Of a DNA stretch of 64,000 nucleotides, positions 1-8,466 are shown piece after piece. The notes beneath the pieces are model-generated. The model did not search any database, was not told where the DNA came from, and saw nothing but the letters and a program-made list of their open reading frames with translations. Position 1 is the stretch's first letter. Every line of letters starts with the position of its first letter. The position numbers and the translations under genes are program-made. The stretch is from a virus, in the IMG/VR virus record IMGVR_UViG_3300044796_000229, positions 7,662 to 71,661 of that record; one strand, written 5' to 3'.

Positions 1-140
1 CTAAACCTGGCGAACCCGGTTGTCGTGTGCCGCAGGAAGCCTTCGCCGTGTTCGGGCCATCAAAAGCCAGCACCGCTTGACAATATTGGCGAAGCGCCAT
101 TAATATCACCCATCAGATTGAGCCACCGGAGCCGGAAATA

Positions 141-1442
141 ATGTCAAAGATCATTCGCACTCCATCACGCGCCAAAGGCGGCATTACCGATGCTGAAAAA
201 GCGGCAATGGCTGCACATTCCAGGCTCTGGATTGAGCGCGCTTTTCGCACTGCACCGATTGAACCGGACAAGATCATCCCGGCCATTGAAGGCATCTATG
301 CCGCTGCAGGATTGAAAAAACCGCGCATTGTAATTGTGCCGTCTCCGATGGTCATGGCGTTTGCTTATGGTGCGTCGGCGGCGATCTGGTGCGAACGACA
401 GGCCAAAATGCTTTCGGACAGCGCCACGTACAGCGCCACGGACATCGCCACGTACAGCGCCACGCGCAGCGCCACGCACAGCGCCACGGACAGCGCCACG
501 CGCAGCGCCACGCACAGCGCCACGGACAGCGCCACGCGCAGCGCCACGGACAGCGCCACGCACAGCGCCACGTACAGCGCCACGTACAGCGCCACGCACA
601 GCGCCACGGACAGCGCCACGCGCAGCGCCACGTACAGCGCCACGGACAGCGCCACGCGCAGCGCCACGGACAGCGCCACGGACAGCGCCACGCGCAGCGC
701 CACGGACAGCGCCACGCGCAGCGCCACGCGCTTGGCGATACCAGAAAAAGGCGCAGCATCGGCCTGCCAAGAAATGGCCGGTAAATTCGGACTCGAATGC
801 GCAATGCGCTGGAATAATGTCTATCAGGGCGGCAATATGTGGGCGCCGTGGGAATGCTATCTTTCAGCAGCGCGTGACATTCTTAAATTAGACCTGCCAT
901 CTCACACTGCTTATGCGCATTGGGAGCAGGCTGCGATCCATGGTGGGTTCCGCGTCATGCATCCAGAATTCTGCATGGTCAGCGATTTTCCCGAAGTGTT
1001 TAAAGTTGACGATCAGAATCTCCCGCATTGCGAGGATGGACCATCGCATCGCTGGCGCGACGGTTGGAGCCTCTATCATTGGCACGGCGTGCGCATTCCC
1101 ACTGAATGGATTGAGAACAAGGCTGGCCTGACAGCTAAGACGGCGCTGACATGGGCGAACGTTGAGCAACGTCGCGCGGCCTGTGAATTAGTCGGGTGGG
1201 ACCGCATCTTGTCGGAACTGAAATCCAAAACTATTGATCGTGACGAAGATCCGATGATTGGCGAGCTTGTCGAAGTTACGCTTCCGGACATCGGAAAAGA
1301 GAAGTTTTTACGTGTAGTTTGTGGCACAGGCCGAAAATTCGCCTTACCTGTTCCTCCCCAGATGAAGACCGCGCTGGAAGCGAACGCATGGTCCTACGCG
1401 GTCGATACCAAAGTGATTCGCTCTCTGGAGGCGCGTACTTGA
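141..1442 (+). CDS. DUF6745-like phage protein with internal xSAT tetrapeptide repeat
   Basis: 433 aa ORF with RBS (ggag) upstream. C-terminal motifs LPHCEDGPSHRWRDGWSLYHWHGV, NVEQRRAACE and FLRVVCGTGRKFALPVPP are typical of this family. Confidence 0.75.
   Translation: MSKIIRTPSRAKGGITDAEKAAMAAHSRLWIERAFRTAPIEPDKIIPAIEGIYAAAGLKKPRIVIVPSPMVMAFAYGASAAIWCERQAKMLSDSATYSATDIATYSATRSATHSATDSATRSATHSATDSATRSATDSATHSATYSATYSATHSATDSATRSATYSATDSATRSATDSATDSATRSATDSATRSATRLAIPEKGAASACQEMAGKFGLECAMRWNNVYQGGNMWAPWECYLSAARDILKLDLPSHTAYAHWEQAAIHGGFRVMHPEFCMVSDFPEVFKVDDQNLPHCEDGPSHRWRDGWSLYHWHGVRIPTEWIENKAGLTAKTALTWANVEQRRAACELVGWDRILSELKSKTIDRDEDPMIGELVEVTLPDIGKEKFLRVVCGTGRKFALPVPPQMKTALEANAWSYAVDTKVIRSLEART
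417..728 (+). repeat. 26 x 12-bp coding tandem repeat (NNC AGC GCC ACG; D/Y/R/H-S-A-T)
   Basis: Counted directly. The variable codon is gac/tac/cgc/cac; one unit has atc instead of agc. Confidence 0.97.
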
Positions 1443-1910
1443 TGAGCACCAAGGGTATCTGCAGCCCCATTTTGGAAAGACTTGAGAGCCGCCTCGACAA
1501 ATCTACGCCCAACGGATGTTGGGAGTGGATAGGCTGGAGACACGAACAAGGTTATGGGCGAATCCGCGCTCACGGTTCTGGGGAAAGTAAGTTTCTCAGG
1601 ACGCATCGGGTCTCTTGGGAAATTCACAAGGGGCCAATTCCGGCCGGAATGGATGTGCTGCATCGGTGTGATAATCCGCCGTGCTGCAATCCGGCACACC
1701 TATTTTTCGGAACGGATTTGAACAACATGCAAGACATGGCCGCAAAGGGGCGCGGCTATAGCCACAACAAGTTCAAAACGCACTGTCCGCAAGGGCATCC
1801 TTATTCTGGCGACAATCTATATGTCGAAAGAAACAGCGGGACGCGCCGCTGCCTCATCTGCAAACGCGCCAAAGACAAACGCCGCATCAAACCCACGGAG
1901 AAATCTATGA
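1442..1910 (+). CDS. HNH endonuclease (HNH_3-like, with C-terminal KTHCPQGH zinc module); reads in-frame into the next gene
   Basis: CWEWIG...GYG...THRVSWEIHKGPIPAGMDVLHRCDNPPCCNPAHL; the ATG at 1442 overlaps the previous stop. Confidence 0.85.
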
Positions 1911-2257
1911 CCAAAATAATGACCGACAGACCAATGGCCCAAGGCGACATGCTCATCATTCCTATCGTTTCAATGCCGGCAAACGTGAAAGCCGCAACAG
2001 CCGATGGTGGTTACTACATCGTGGCACACAGCGAAACCGGTCACCACCATGTGATCGAAAAGCGCCGTGCTGAAGTTTTCGAATCCGCAGACGATCAATT
2101 CGTCGCCTATATCCGCACGCTCGGTGACGGCGCGGACATCGAGCACAAGCGCGACTTTCATACTCACGAAACGGTTCATCTCCCGCCGAACCAAAACTTC
2201 GAAATCCGCCGGCAACGCGAATATGTGCCGGAAGGGTTTCGTCGCGCGCAGGATTGA
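1908..2257 (+). CDS. Small conserved phage protein (QGD...HSETGHHH...RRQREY), usual neighbour of DUF6745 genes
   Basis: RBS ggag before ATG 1908; motifs AQGDMLIIP, VAHSETGHHH, EIRRQREY. Confidence 0.7.
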
Positions 2258-2264
2258 GCGAAGA

Positions 2265-2516
2265 GTGACCCTCGGTGAATATCTGAAACTCGGCCGCCAA
2301 ATCAAAAAACTGTCCCTGCGCGATCTGGAGAAAAAGACCGGCGTTTCAAACGCTTTGCTTTCGCAATGGGAAACGGATGAAGGACGCGCGATCAAAGGCG
2401 GATTCGCCAGAATAGCAAAGGTGGCCGATGTCTTGGGTCTCTCGATTGCAAAATGCGTCGAACTTGCTCTTGCAGAATATGAAAAGGATGGCGCCGATGC
2501 TCCCACCGAAATGTAA
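2265..2516 (+). CDS. XRE-family HTH regulator
   Basis: GTG start; TLGEYLKLGRQIKKLSLRDLEKKTGVSNALLSQWET is an HTH_3 pattern. Confidence 0.8.
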   Translation: MTLGEYLKLGRQIKKLSLRDLEKKTGVSNALLSQWETDEGRAIKGGFARIAKVADVLGLSIAKCVELALAEYEKDGADAPTEM

Positions 2517-2708
2517 ATTGTGCGGAACCCAGCATTGGGTTCGCGTGTGTCCAAAGCCGAAAACAGATGTCGCCCTTGCGCGTGTAAAAGAGATCGAGGC
2601 GCGTCCGGTAAAGGTGAGCGAGAAGGCAACGGCGAAGAAATCCAAAAAGGCCGCGCGCGTGAAAACCAAAACCGCGAAGCGCAAGAAACAGGCGAAGAGG
2701 ATTGAGCT

Positions 2709-3164
2709 GTGACCGCTGCTGTTCTCGATTTTAAGGCGATCAAAGCCCGACTGGATGAGATCCAAAAGGCATCGATTGAGCAGAAATCGTCCATCGTCAA
2801 CATTACGGTTTCCGTCACGCCCGAATCAAAAGAGGATTATCAGCCAATTTTACAAGAACAAATGCGTGAAGCATGGATGTCCTTGGCTGCTCGACACGGA
2901 GTTTCGGAACCATGGGTGTCGGGGTTTATTGATGCGCAGTGGACTTCTTATCAAAATATGACGGCACACATCGAAACCATGATGCCCGTCAGTTCAACAT
3001 CAGGAACACACGTCGCATTTTTGGAAGACGACGCCTCATTACGAACTCGCTTTCTCGACACTAATCCGCCAGCCAAATACGCGCATGATGCGGAAGTCGC
3101 GTCAGGTCTTGCGCTTGACGCGATTCTGGGGCCGTTTGGGATTTTGCGGAGGGGATTCGTATAA
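2709..3164 (+). CDS. Hypothetical protein
   Basis: 151 aa ORF; GTG start overlaps the previous stop, with ggattgag upstream. Confidence 0.6.
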   Translation: MTAAVLDFKAIKARLDEIQKASIEQKSSIVNITVSVTPESKEDYQPILQEQMREAWMSLAARHGVSEPWVSGFIDAQWTSYQNMTAHIETMMPVSSTSGTHVAFLEDDASLRTRFLDTNPPAKYAHDAEVASGLALDAILGPFGILRRGFV

Positions 3165-3173
3165 AAACGGGCG

Positions 3174-3332
3174 TCACCATTCTCGGCTTTTAGCGATGGC
3201 AACCGCAATAATAAAAACCGCGAGCGGAAGCGCAAACTTCACGATAAACGCTATCCCGACAATCACCGCAATGAATATCCCGATCCACCCGAACATCAGG
3301 AAGAAGAGGATTAGAAAAAGCAACGTTCTCAT
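3174..3332 (-). CDS. Small hydrophobic membrane protein (52 aa)
   Basis: Manual translation MRTLLFLILFFLMFGWIGIFIAVIVGIAFIVKFALPLAVFIIAVAIAKSREW; below the ORF-track cutoff. Confidence 0.6.
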   Translation of the reverse strand: MRTLLFLILFFLMFGWIGIFIAVIVGIAFIVKFALPLAVFIIAVAIAKSREW

Positions 3333-3557
3333 GCGTTGTCGCCTGCGATGTAAAGTTGGCCTTTGCGTTTCACCTTCCCGCTTTGCAGCAGAATATCCAT
3401 CAGCTTTTCAAATTGCGCATAGGTGCAGCCATGTGCCATGAGCCCCCGCATAGATTGTGCCGCCTGGTATTCCCAGCGGTCCCGCTTCCTTGACAGCCGC
3501 GACGATGGAAAGCCCGATCAATGCGACGGCCTGCAGCTTTTGATCGTCCGTGGTCAT
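3329..3557 (-). pseudogene. Small wHTH-like protein interrupted by one extra base in a C5/G5 run (or a sequencing error)
   Basis: Removing one base at 3443-3447 gives a 75 aa ORF MTTDDQKLQAV...GIPGGTIYAGLMAHGCTYAQFEKLMDILLQSGKV..., ATGA-coupled at both ends. Confidence 0.6.
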
Positions 3558-3772
3558 TCCGGGATCTCCCGAATCCGAAGCCCATAAAGGCTGGAGAACT
3601 GCATGATGGCGAGACTAGCGGTCGCTTCGTCCGGAAACCGAATCGCTTGCGCTATCTTTCCTTCCAGAACGTATTGCGCTCGGCGCCGCTGCGTTTTGGC
3701 GAGGCACACGTAGAGCATGATGCCTGGATGAGTGGGCGGCGTCTCTGCGATGAAATAGCCTGCCATCGTCAA
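3554..3772 (-). CDS. Hypothetical protein
   Basis: 72 aa ORF in an ATGA-coupled leftward operon. Confidence 0.55.
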   Translation of the reverse strand: MTMAGYFIAETPPTHPGIMLYVCLAKTQRRRAQYVLEGKIAQAIRFPDEATASLAIMQFSSLYGLRIREIPE

Positions 3773-3978
3773 AGGCTGTGGAGAGCGCGGCGGATTCGTA
3801 CTGATAGCCGCGCATGACGCTCTAGGTAGGCATTTGCGGCAGCTTCGCGCGCCGGCAGATCGTCTCCAAAGACTGCCGACAGATTGCCGAAGCTGTAGGC
3901 CATAACATCGGCATTCGTGGCACTTATCCGCCCTGTGGGGCAGAGATTGGCCGGCCGCAGATGAAGTTTGATCGTCAT
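3769..3978 (-). CDS. Hypothetical protein
   Basis: 69 aa ORF, ATGA-coupled. Confidence 0.55.
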   Translation of the reverse strand: MTIKLHLRPANLCPTGRISATNADVMAYSFGNLSAVFGDDLPAREAAANAYLERHARLSVRIRRALHSL

Positions 3979-4274
3979 GTCCGGGCTCCCCGTATGGCGC
4001 GTTTCAGCCCTCGGATTGCTTCCGTCAGATCCGCATCGCCCTTCACCGATAGAGCGAAAGTCTCGAGCTGGTCGATCGCTAGACGTCCAGCGTCGAGCAA
4101 TGCGGGCTGGGAGTTGAACCGGCGGACGAAAGCTTTGGCCTTGCGGCGTTCAGCTTTATCTTGGCAGCGGCCAAAATTTACCGTTGCGGCGTTATGGGAT
4201 TCTCCCGGCAGCGTGGCCACGGTATAATCTTGGCCCATATAGAGCGTTAAATCCGTTTTGCGCGTCCCCATCAC
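3975..4274 (-). CDS. Hypothetical protein (start approximate)
   Basis: C-terminal AIRGLKRAIRGART is typical of small early phage proteins; start placed at the overlap with the upstream stop. Confidence 0.5.
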   Translation of the reverse strand: MMGTRKTDLTLYMGQDYTVATLPGESHNAATVNFGRCQDKAERRKAKAFVRRFNSQPALLDAGRLAIDQLETFALSVKGDADLTEAIRGLKRAIRGART

Positions 4275-4468
4275 CAGCCCCATCCCGCACCCGGATACCG
4301 CTGGTCGAGAAGTTTCCCCGTCAGCGCATGGCAATAGGCAGCGTTTGACGGTTTCGTGGCTTCGTCGAAACTGGAACACCGTGGATTGTTTGTCGGGGTG
4401 TAAGCGAATTGTGTGCCACAGCCAGTAAGGGCCAGAAGGCCAAAAATGGCGAAAGCGCGCGTTCTCAT
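4271..4468 (-). CDS. Small lipoprotein
   Basis: MRTRAFAIFGLLALTGC: signal peptide with lipobox LTGC. Confidence 0.7.
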   Translation of the reverse strand: MRTRAFAIFGLLALTGCGTQFAYTPTNNPRCSSFDEATKPSNAAYCHALTGKLLDQRYPGAGWGW

Positions 4469-5415
4469 GTGCGTTCCGCCAGCGCCTTCATGTCGGCGAG
4501 TGCATCTTCGTTCTGGTCGTAGAACCGGCCCGGATTGATCTTGAAACCCGGTGCGCTGGCGTCATAGATCATCATGGCGGCAAGCGGCGTGTTGTAGAAC
4601 GCCTCCAGATCGCGACCCGCTTGGCCTGCCAGCGTCACGGCCCATCCAGCACGGCAATGCGTATTCTCGCATTTGTGCCACCTTCTCATGTCGAGAGCGC
4701 CCGGAGCCGACACAGCGGCATAGATCGTTTTGTGAATGTCGGGGATGACCGGAACTGGCGGAGGGCCAAGCCTACGCAGCGCTTCGCCTTTTGCAGGCGG
4801 AATGGCCTGGATGTTTTCCTTGTCGTCAGCCCATGCCAGATTGGAGCAGTCCGAGCAGCGCGAGCAGCGCGAGCAGCGCGAGCAGCCCGAGCAGTCCGAG
4901 CAGTCCGAGCAGCGCGAGCAGCGCGAGCAGCCCGAGCAGTCCGAGCAGTCCGAGCAGCCCGAGCAGCGCGAGCAGTCCGAGCAGCCCGAGCAGCGCGAGC
5001 AGCGCGAGCAGCCCGAGCAGCCCGAGCAGCGCGAGCAGCGCGAGCAGTCCGAGCAGTCCGAGCAGTCCGAGCAGTCCGAGCAGCCCGAGCAGCGCGAGCA
5101 GCCCGAGCAGTCCGAGCAGCCCGAGCAGCGCGAGCAGTCCGAGCAGTCCGAGCAGCCCGAGCAGTCCGAGCAGTCCGAGCAGCGCGAGCAGCGCGAGCAG
5201 CGCGAGCAGCGCGAGCAGTCCGAGCAGTCCGAGCAGTCCGAGCAGCCCGAGCAGCGCGAGCAGTCCGAGCAGTCCGAGCAGCCCGAGCAGCGCGAGCAGT
5301 TGGTGCAATTCTTACAGTTTTTCAGGCTGTCTAGCGCCGCCTGCGCGGCTTCGAGCGAGCCAAAATATTCAACCGAACAGCGATTGCCGTTCGCATCTGT
5401 GAGCCAAGTTATCAT
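4465..5415 (-). CDS. Cys-rich CSx-repeat protein with C-terminal WH-C-THCRAGWAV domain
   Basis: 316 aa; 50 CS[D/R/G] units. The C-terminal ALDMRRWHKCENTHCRAGWAVTLAG domain is one I recognise from repeat-bearing phage proteins. Confidence 0.75.
   Translation of the reverse strand: MITWLTDANGNRCSVEYFGSLEAAQAALDSLKNCKNCTNCSRCSGCSDCSDCSRCSGCSDCSDCSDCSRCSRCSRCSRCSDCSDCSGCSDCSDCSRCSGCSDCSGCSRCSGCSDCSDCSDCSDCSRCSRCSGCSGCSRCSRCSGCSDCSRCSGCSDCSDCSGCSRCSRCSDCSDCSGCSRCSRCSRCSDCSNLAWADDKENIQAIPPAKGEALRRLGPPPVPVIPDIHKTIYAAVSAPGALDMRRWHKCENTHCRAGWAVTLAGQAGRDLEAFYNTPLAAMMIYDASAPGFKINPGRFYDQNEDALADMKALAERT
4849..5298 (-). repeat. 50 x 9-bp coding tandem repeat (TGC TCG GAC/CGC/GGC)
   Basis: Counted directly: 450 bp, invariant except the third codon. 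Confidence 0.97.
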
Positions 5416-5454
5416 TTCAGTAGTCCTTTTCTTTGGTTTAGGGGGGCAGAGAAG

Positions 5455-5790
5455 CTAAGCCGTTTTTTTGTGCAGCGCGGGCGTGCAGGAAGGCATTGGT
5501 GGCCCTCTAACTTTCCGCCCGTGCGATACGGCTGCGACAACTTCAAGCCAAGGTCCAAGTGGGCCGCTGTTTTCAGTCCGCAACCCCGCATTCGCTAGGC
5601 TTTTGATGTTTCCAGCCGTCGTTTTAAGCGCGGCAAGAAGCACCTTTTTCTCGGCATACAAGGCGTCAACTTGACGAAGGCGGTCTTGGTAAAGCTCGTC
5701 AAGGCGAGCGTAGCCTTCTTCCGGGGTGTCCCCGAAGCGGCTCCAATTGGGAGCCGCCGGGTTCTTGGAACGGTTCGGGTGGTTGATCAT
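5455..5790 (-). CDS. Hypothetical protein (MINHPNRSK...), 3' end possibly frameshifted
   Basis: Internal ATG at 5790 follows the upstream stop; the alternative frame near 5528 ends ...IARAES*. Confidence 0.5.
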   Translation of the reverse strand: MINHPNRSKNPAAPNWSRFGDTPEEGYARLDELYQDRLRQVDALYAEKKVLLAALKTTAGNIKSLANAGLRTENSGPLGPWLEVVAAVSHGRKVRGPPMPSCTPALHKKTA

Positions 5791-5791
5791 G

Positions 5792-6002
5792 TTACACCCA
5801 CGCCCATCCGCCCTGATCGGGATCATATTTCTCGCCAGTTGCTTCTTCTCGGCTCCAAGAACGTCCGCGCTCTGGATCCATAATCCAGCCGTGTCGGTAT
5901 TCGGGAACAACGATTTCGACGGCCGGGCCATTATGGAAGTCTTCCTCGATCATCGCGGCAGTGACTTTTGCGAAGAGGGCGGCGGCCTGTTCTTTGGTCA
6001 TT
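5792..6002 (-). CDS. Hypothetical protein, first gene of a leftward operon (start approximate)
   Basis: MTKEQAAALF... preceded by ccggagac RBS. Confidence 0.55.
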
Positions 6003-6068
6003 TCTGGTCTCCGGCCCCTGAAACCGCCGAGGCGCGCGGTATTTACCTGAGAGAGTATTATACAAGGT

Positions 6069-6082
6069 TTTACCAAAGTAAA
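6069..6082. promoter_or_regulatory. Palindromic operator candidate TTTAC-N4-GTAAA (copy 1)
   Basis: tttac caaa gtaaa in a divergent intergenic region; second copy at 58490-58503. Confidence 0.5.
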
Positions 6083-6236
6083 GCGAACAAACTGGCGGAA
6101 ACTATGGGTTTTCTAAAATAATTTGCACAATAAAATGCCGGTGGCTGGTAATTCTCCGAATTTCTCCCGGTATAATTCTGGCGCATGTCGATTATCCACT
6201 TTCCATCCATCGCAAAATCGGATAATATTAAGTTCT

Positions 6237-6341
6237 GGGTGGCAGAGGGGTGTCCCTCTGATGATTATGAAACGGAGATCAGTGAAGCTTCACTCCTTCG
6301 CGACATGATTTTTCGCTGGTTCGAATCCAGGCCACCCGCTA
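6237..6341 (+). ncRNA. tRNA-like structured RNA candidate
   Basis: Acceptor-like gggtggc/gccaccc, T-arm ctgg-TTCGAAT-ccag, internal hairpins, and a -10-like gataat just upstream. No canonical anticodon arm or CCA. Confidence 0.4.
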
Positions 6342-6357
6342 CGTTCCACGTGAAACA
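6342..6357. promoter_or_regulatory. parS centromere-like site (chromosomal ParB type)
   Basis: CGTTCCACGTGAAACA matches the conserved bacterial chromosomal parS consensus TGTTNCACGTGAAACA at 15/16 positions. Confidence 0.75.
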
Positions 6358-6858
6358 TTTGTTCCCCATTGCTTTCATCGGTGACCGATATAAGTTTTGC
6401 CCCGATGCAGCGGCGGTGAAGGAACCGCAGGCATAGGCTGAAGTCAGGGGATTTTTACGGTCGCCGCCAGTCAGCACGGATGAAGCATCGGGCTACGGCT
6501 TGTACGGTGTGGACGAAACTGACAACGACCGCCCCAGTTGGTATCGAACCCAACCTGCATCGCTTGCCAATCCCCTCCCGCCATGCATAATATACTTTGC
6601 ATAACCGCACGGAGCCTTCCATGCCCGCTCGCCCCTCCAATACGTATCGCGCAGCCCGAAAACGCATCGCAAAGGCGAACCACATCCTCTGGCGGTATAT
6701 CCCGCTGATTCCGAAGGGCGGCACCGATCATGCCAAAGCATTTGACGTCGCCCAGCCTATTCCGAAAGTGTCGGCGGCCGGTCGCGTGACGTTCATCAAA
6801 CGGGTGGCGATTCCGTGAAGACGGGTGCCAAAGAAAGCAAAGCAAAAAAAGATACCCG

Positions 6859-7038
6859 ATGAAACTGAAGCTGCTTGATTGGGTTTTTATAGGTGTTCTG
6901 TCATCTACAGGCCCGTTACCTGGAGCGTTTTTAGCCGGATATGGTCTCAACAACCTGGGAGTGGTTTGGCTAACTTGGTCCGTGTTCGGTGGCGGAATGT
7001 TTTTATGGGCAATTTGGTGCTGGGAAAAGGAAAAATGA
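6859..7038 (+). CDS. Small two-TM membrane protein (59 aa)
   Basis: Manual translation MKLKLLDWVFIGVLSSTGPLPGAFLAGYGLNNLGVVWLTWSVFGGGMFLWAIWCWEKEK. Confidence 0.5.
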   Translation: MKLKLLDWVFIGVLSSTGPLPGAFLAGYGLNNLGVVWLTWSVFGGGMFLWAIWCWEKEK

Positions 7039-7055
7039 GCCGGTGCATCCAGCCA

Positions 7056-7384
7056 TGACCGCGGCCGAACACTTAGCCATCGTGATCGGCGATGCCGTCG
7101 AAAAGGCTTGTATTCAGCCTGTCGGACCGCCACGTTTGCCATCGGTTGATGCTTTGACCGCCATGGTGATGAAGGCGATTCCAGAGCCGAACATCGAAGA
7201 CCATATTGCGGTTACGCTTGAGCCTGATTCCTCAAATCCGCAGGCGGTAATTGCGGTCCTGAACCCGTTGACGCGGCACGGCTACGAGGTGCTGCGCAAG
7301 ATGTTTCCTGATCTGCCACCGCCTGTCGAAACCATCACCATTGATCTCATTGTCACGCCGGATGGAGAGGTAAGAAGTGCATGA
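7056..7384 (+). CDS. Hypothetical protein
   Basis: ORF from MTAAEHL..., ATGA-coupled to the next ORF. Confidence 0.55.
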
Positions 7385-7566
7385 AAAACTTAACACTCGA
7401 CAAAAGCATGGAAGGATACAGCGGGCGTATTCCCGGAAATTTTGTTCTTTCAGGACAAATCGTCATTGAAAACGGAATCCCACATTTCGAATGCGAACCC
7501 TTCGATTATGTCCTGCATCGGGAAGTGCGAGACGGGGTCGAACGCTTCTGGCTTACCTGCAAATGA
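7381..7566 (+). CDS. Hypothetical protein
   Basis: 61 aa; ATGA overlap with the previous ORF. Confidence 0.5.
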   Translation: MKNLTLDKSMEGYSGRIPGNFVLSGQIVIENGIPHFECEPFDYVLHREVRDGVERFWLTCK

Positions 7567-7710
7567 CCGAAGTTCAGACGGCAGTACCTACACGGAAACC
7601 TCTTCCGACAAATCTGTGATCGAAAACTGGTATCACCGCACCATATCCCCTTGACCTACAACCAATAGTGCCTCATCAATCGGTTTCTCACCGAATATGG
7701 GGCACACCGT

Positions 7711-8370
7711 TTGTCAACCGACGAAGGTAAAGTCCAGGCTCGCCGCCAAAAGGTCGAGCAGATCCTTGTCCGTACCTATCACGCCCGATTGCGCGGATCG
7801 CTTCCTCCACGCGGCGCCGTTCAAATGGCCGACGCCCCCACCGAAGCAGAACTATCAACACTCGATATCGCCCCGCGCGGTCCCGGTGTAGACCCGATCA
7901 TCGAATCCCAATCCTCCGGTTCCTATGGACGAACCCTCCGCTGGCGTAACTCAGGGGAGCACCCCCTTACCCTTGCCTATGAGCGCGGCCAGATCACCGC
8001 CAACCATTTTGCCGCCGGCGAAAACCTGCGTGTTCTTGTCGAAACTCTTTACCGTTCCTCCAAAGACAGCACCGACATCGAACGTATCAGCGGTGGCGGC
8101 TCTTCCACCCCATGGTCGCAGCGCCAGGCCGATGCCGTTCGCCAACTCGCCCAGATCGAGAAGCGTTTGCGCAAGGCAGATTGGATCATCTGTAGAAAAT
8201 TTTGTGGTGAGGGATACAAGATGTTGGAGGCCGTCCGCGCGGCAAACATAAGTTTCAATAAATTCCGTGTAGTTTCAAGGGTTTGTGTCGCGCTCGATTA
8301 TCTCGCCGGAAACCGCAAGAAACACGCGCACAAACCTCATCGCTCCAGAAAGCCTGCCGCAACCATTTGA
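7711..8370 (+). CDS. Putative late-gene regulator (DUF6456-like)
   Basis: HPLTLAYERGQITANHFAAGENLR...KFCGEG...VALDYLA pattern; lies directly before terS. Confidence 0.55.
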   Translation: MSTDEGKVQARRQKVEQILVRTYHARLRGSLPPRGAVQMADAPTEAELSTLDIAPRGPGVDPIIESQSSGSYGRTLRWRNSGEHPLTLAYERGQITANHFAAGENLRVLVETLYRSSKDSTDIERISGGGSSTPWSQRQADAVRQLAQIEKRLRKADWIICRKFCGEGYKMLEAVRAANISFNKFRVVSRVCVALDYLAGNRKKHAHKPHRSRKPAATI

Positions 8371-8466
8371 CATGGCGGGCAATTCACCATAACGATTTGG
8401 GCATTCTCAATTATTGCCACCGAGATTTTTCGGTTCTGCCGATCCCGGCGGCGCTGAAAAGGCCCC

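Noticed and set aside
165-891. Multiple long alternative-frame ORFs over the xSAT repeat (likewise 4621-5458 over the CSx repeat)
   Set aside because: Artefacts of stop-free tandem repeats; only one frame has flanking conserved domains.
417-5298. CRISPR arrays or a DGR in the two tandem repeat tracts
   Set aside because: Units are 9-12 bp in-frame coding repeats without spacers; no cas genes, reverse transcriptase or template repeat in the window.
6254-6300. Hammerhead-like core CTGATGA-ttat-GAAAC
   Set aside because: No stem II, no correctly placed NUH cleavage triplet, and stem I/III pairings do not fit any hammerhead topology.
6525-6585. Second tRNA T-arm-like hairpin on the minus strand (gttgg gttcgata ccaac)
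   Set aside because: No matching acceptor stem or other arms.
6580-6608. dif-like site (gccatgcataa tatact ttgcataaccg)
   Set aside because: Only one arm resembles a Xer box, and the XerD arm lacks TTATG; more likely a promoter or operator palindrome.
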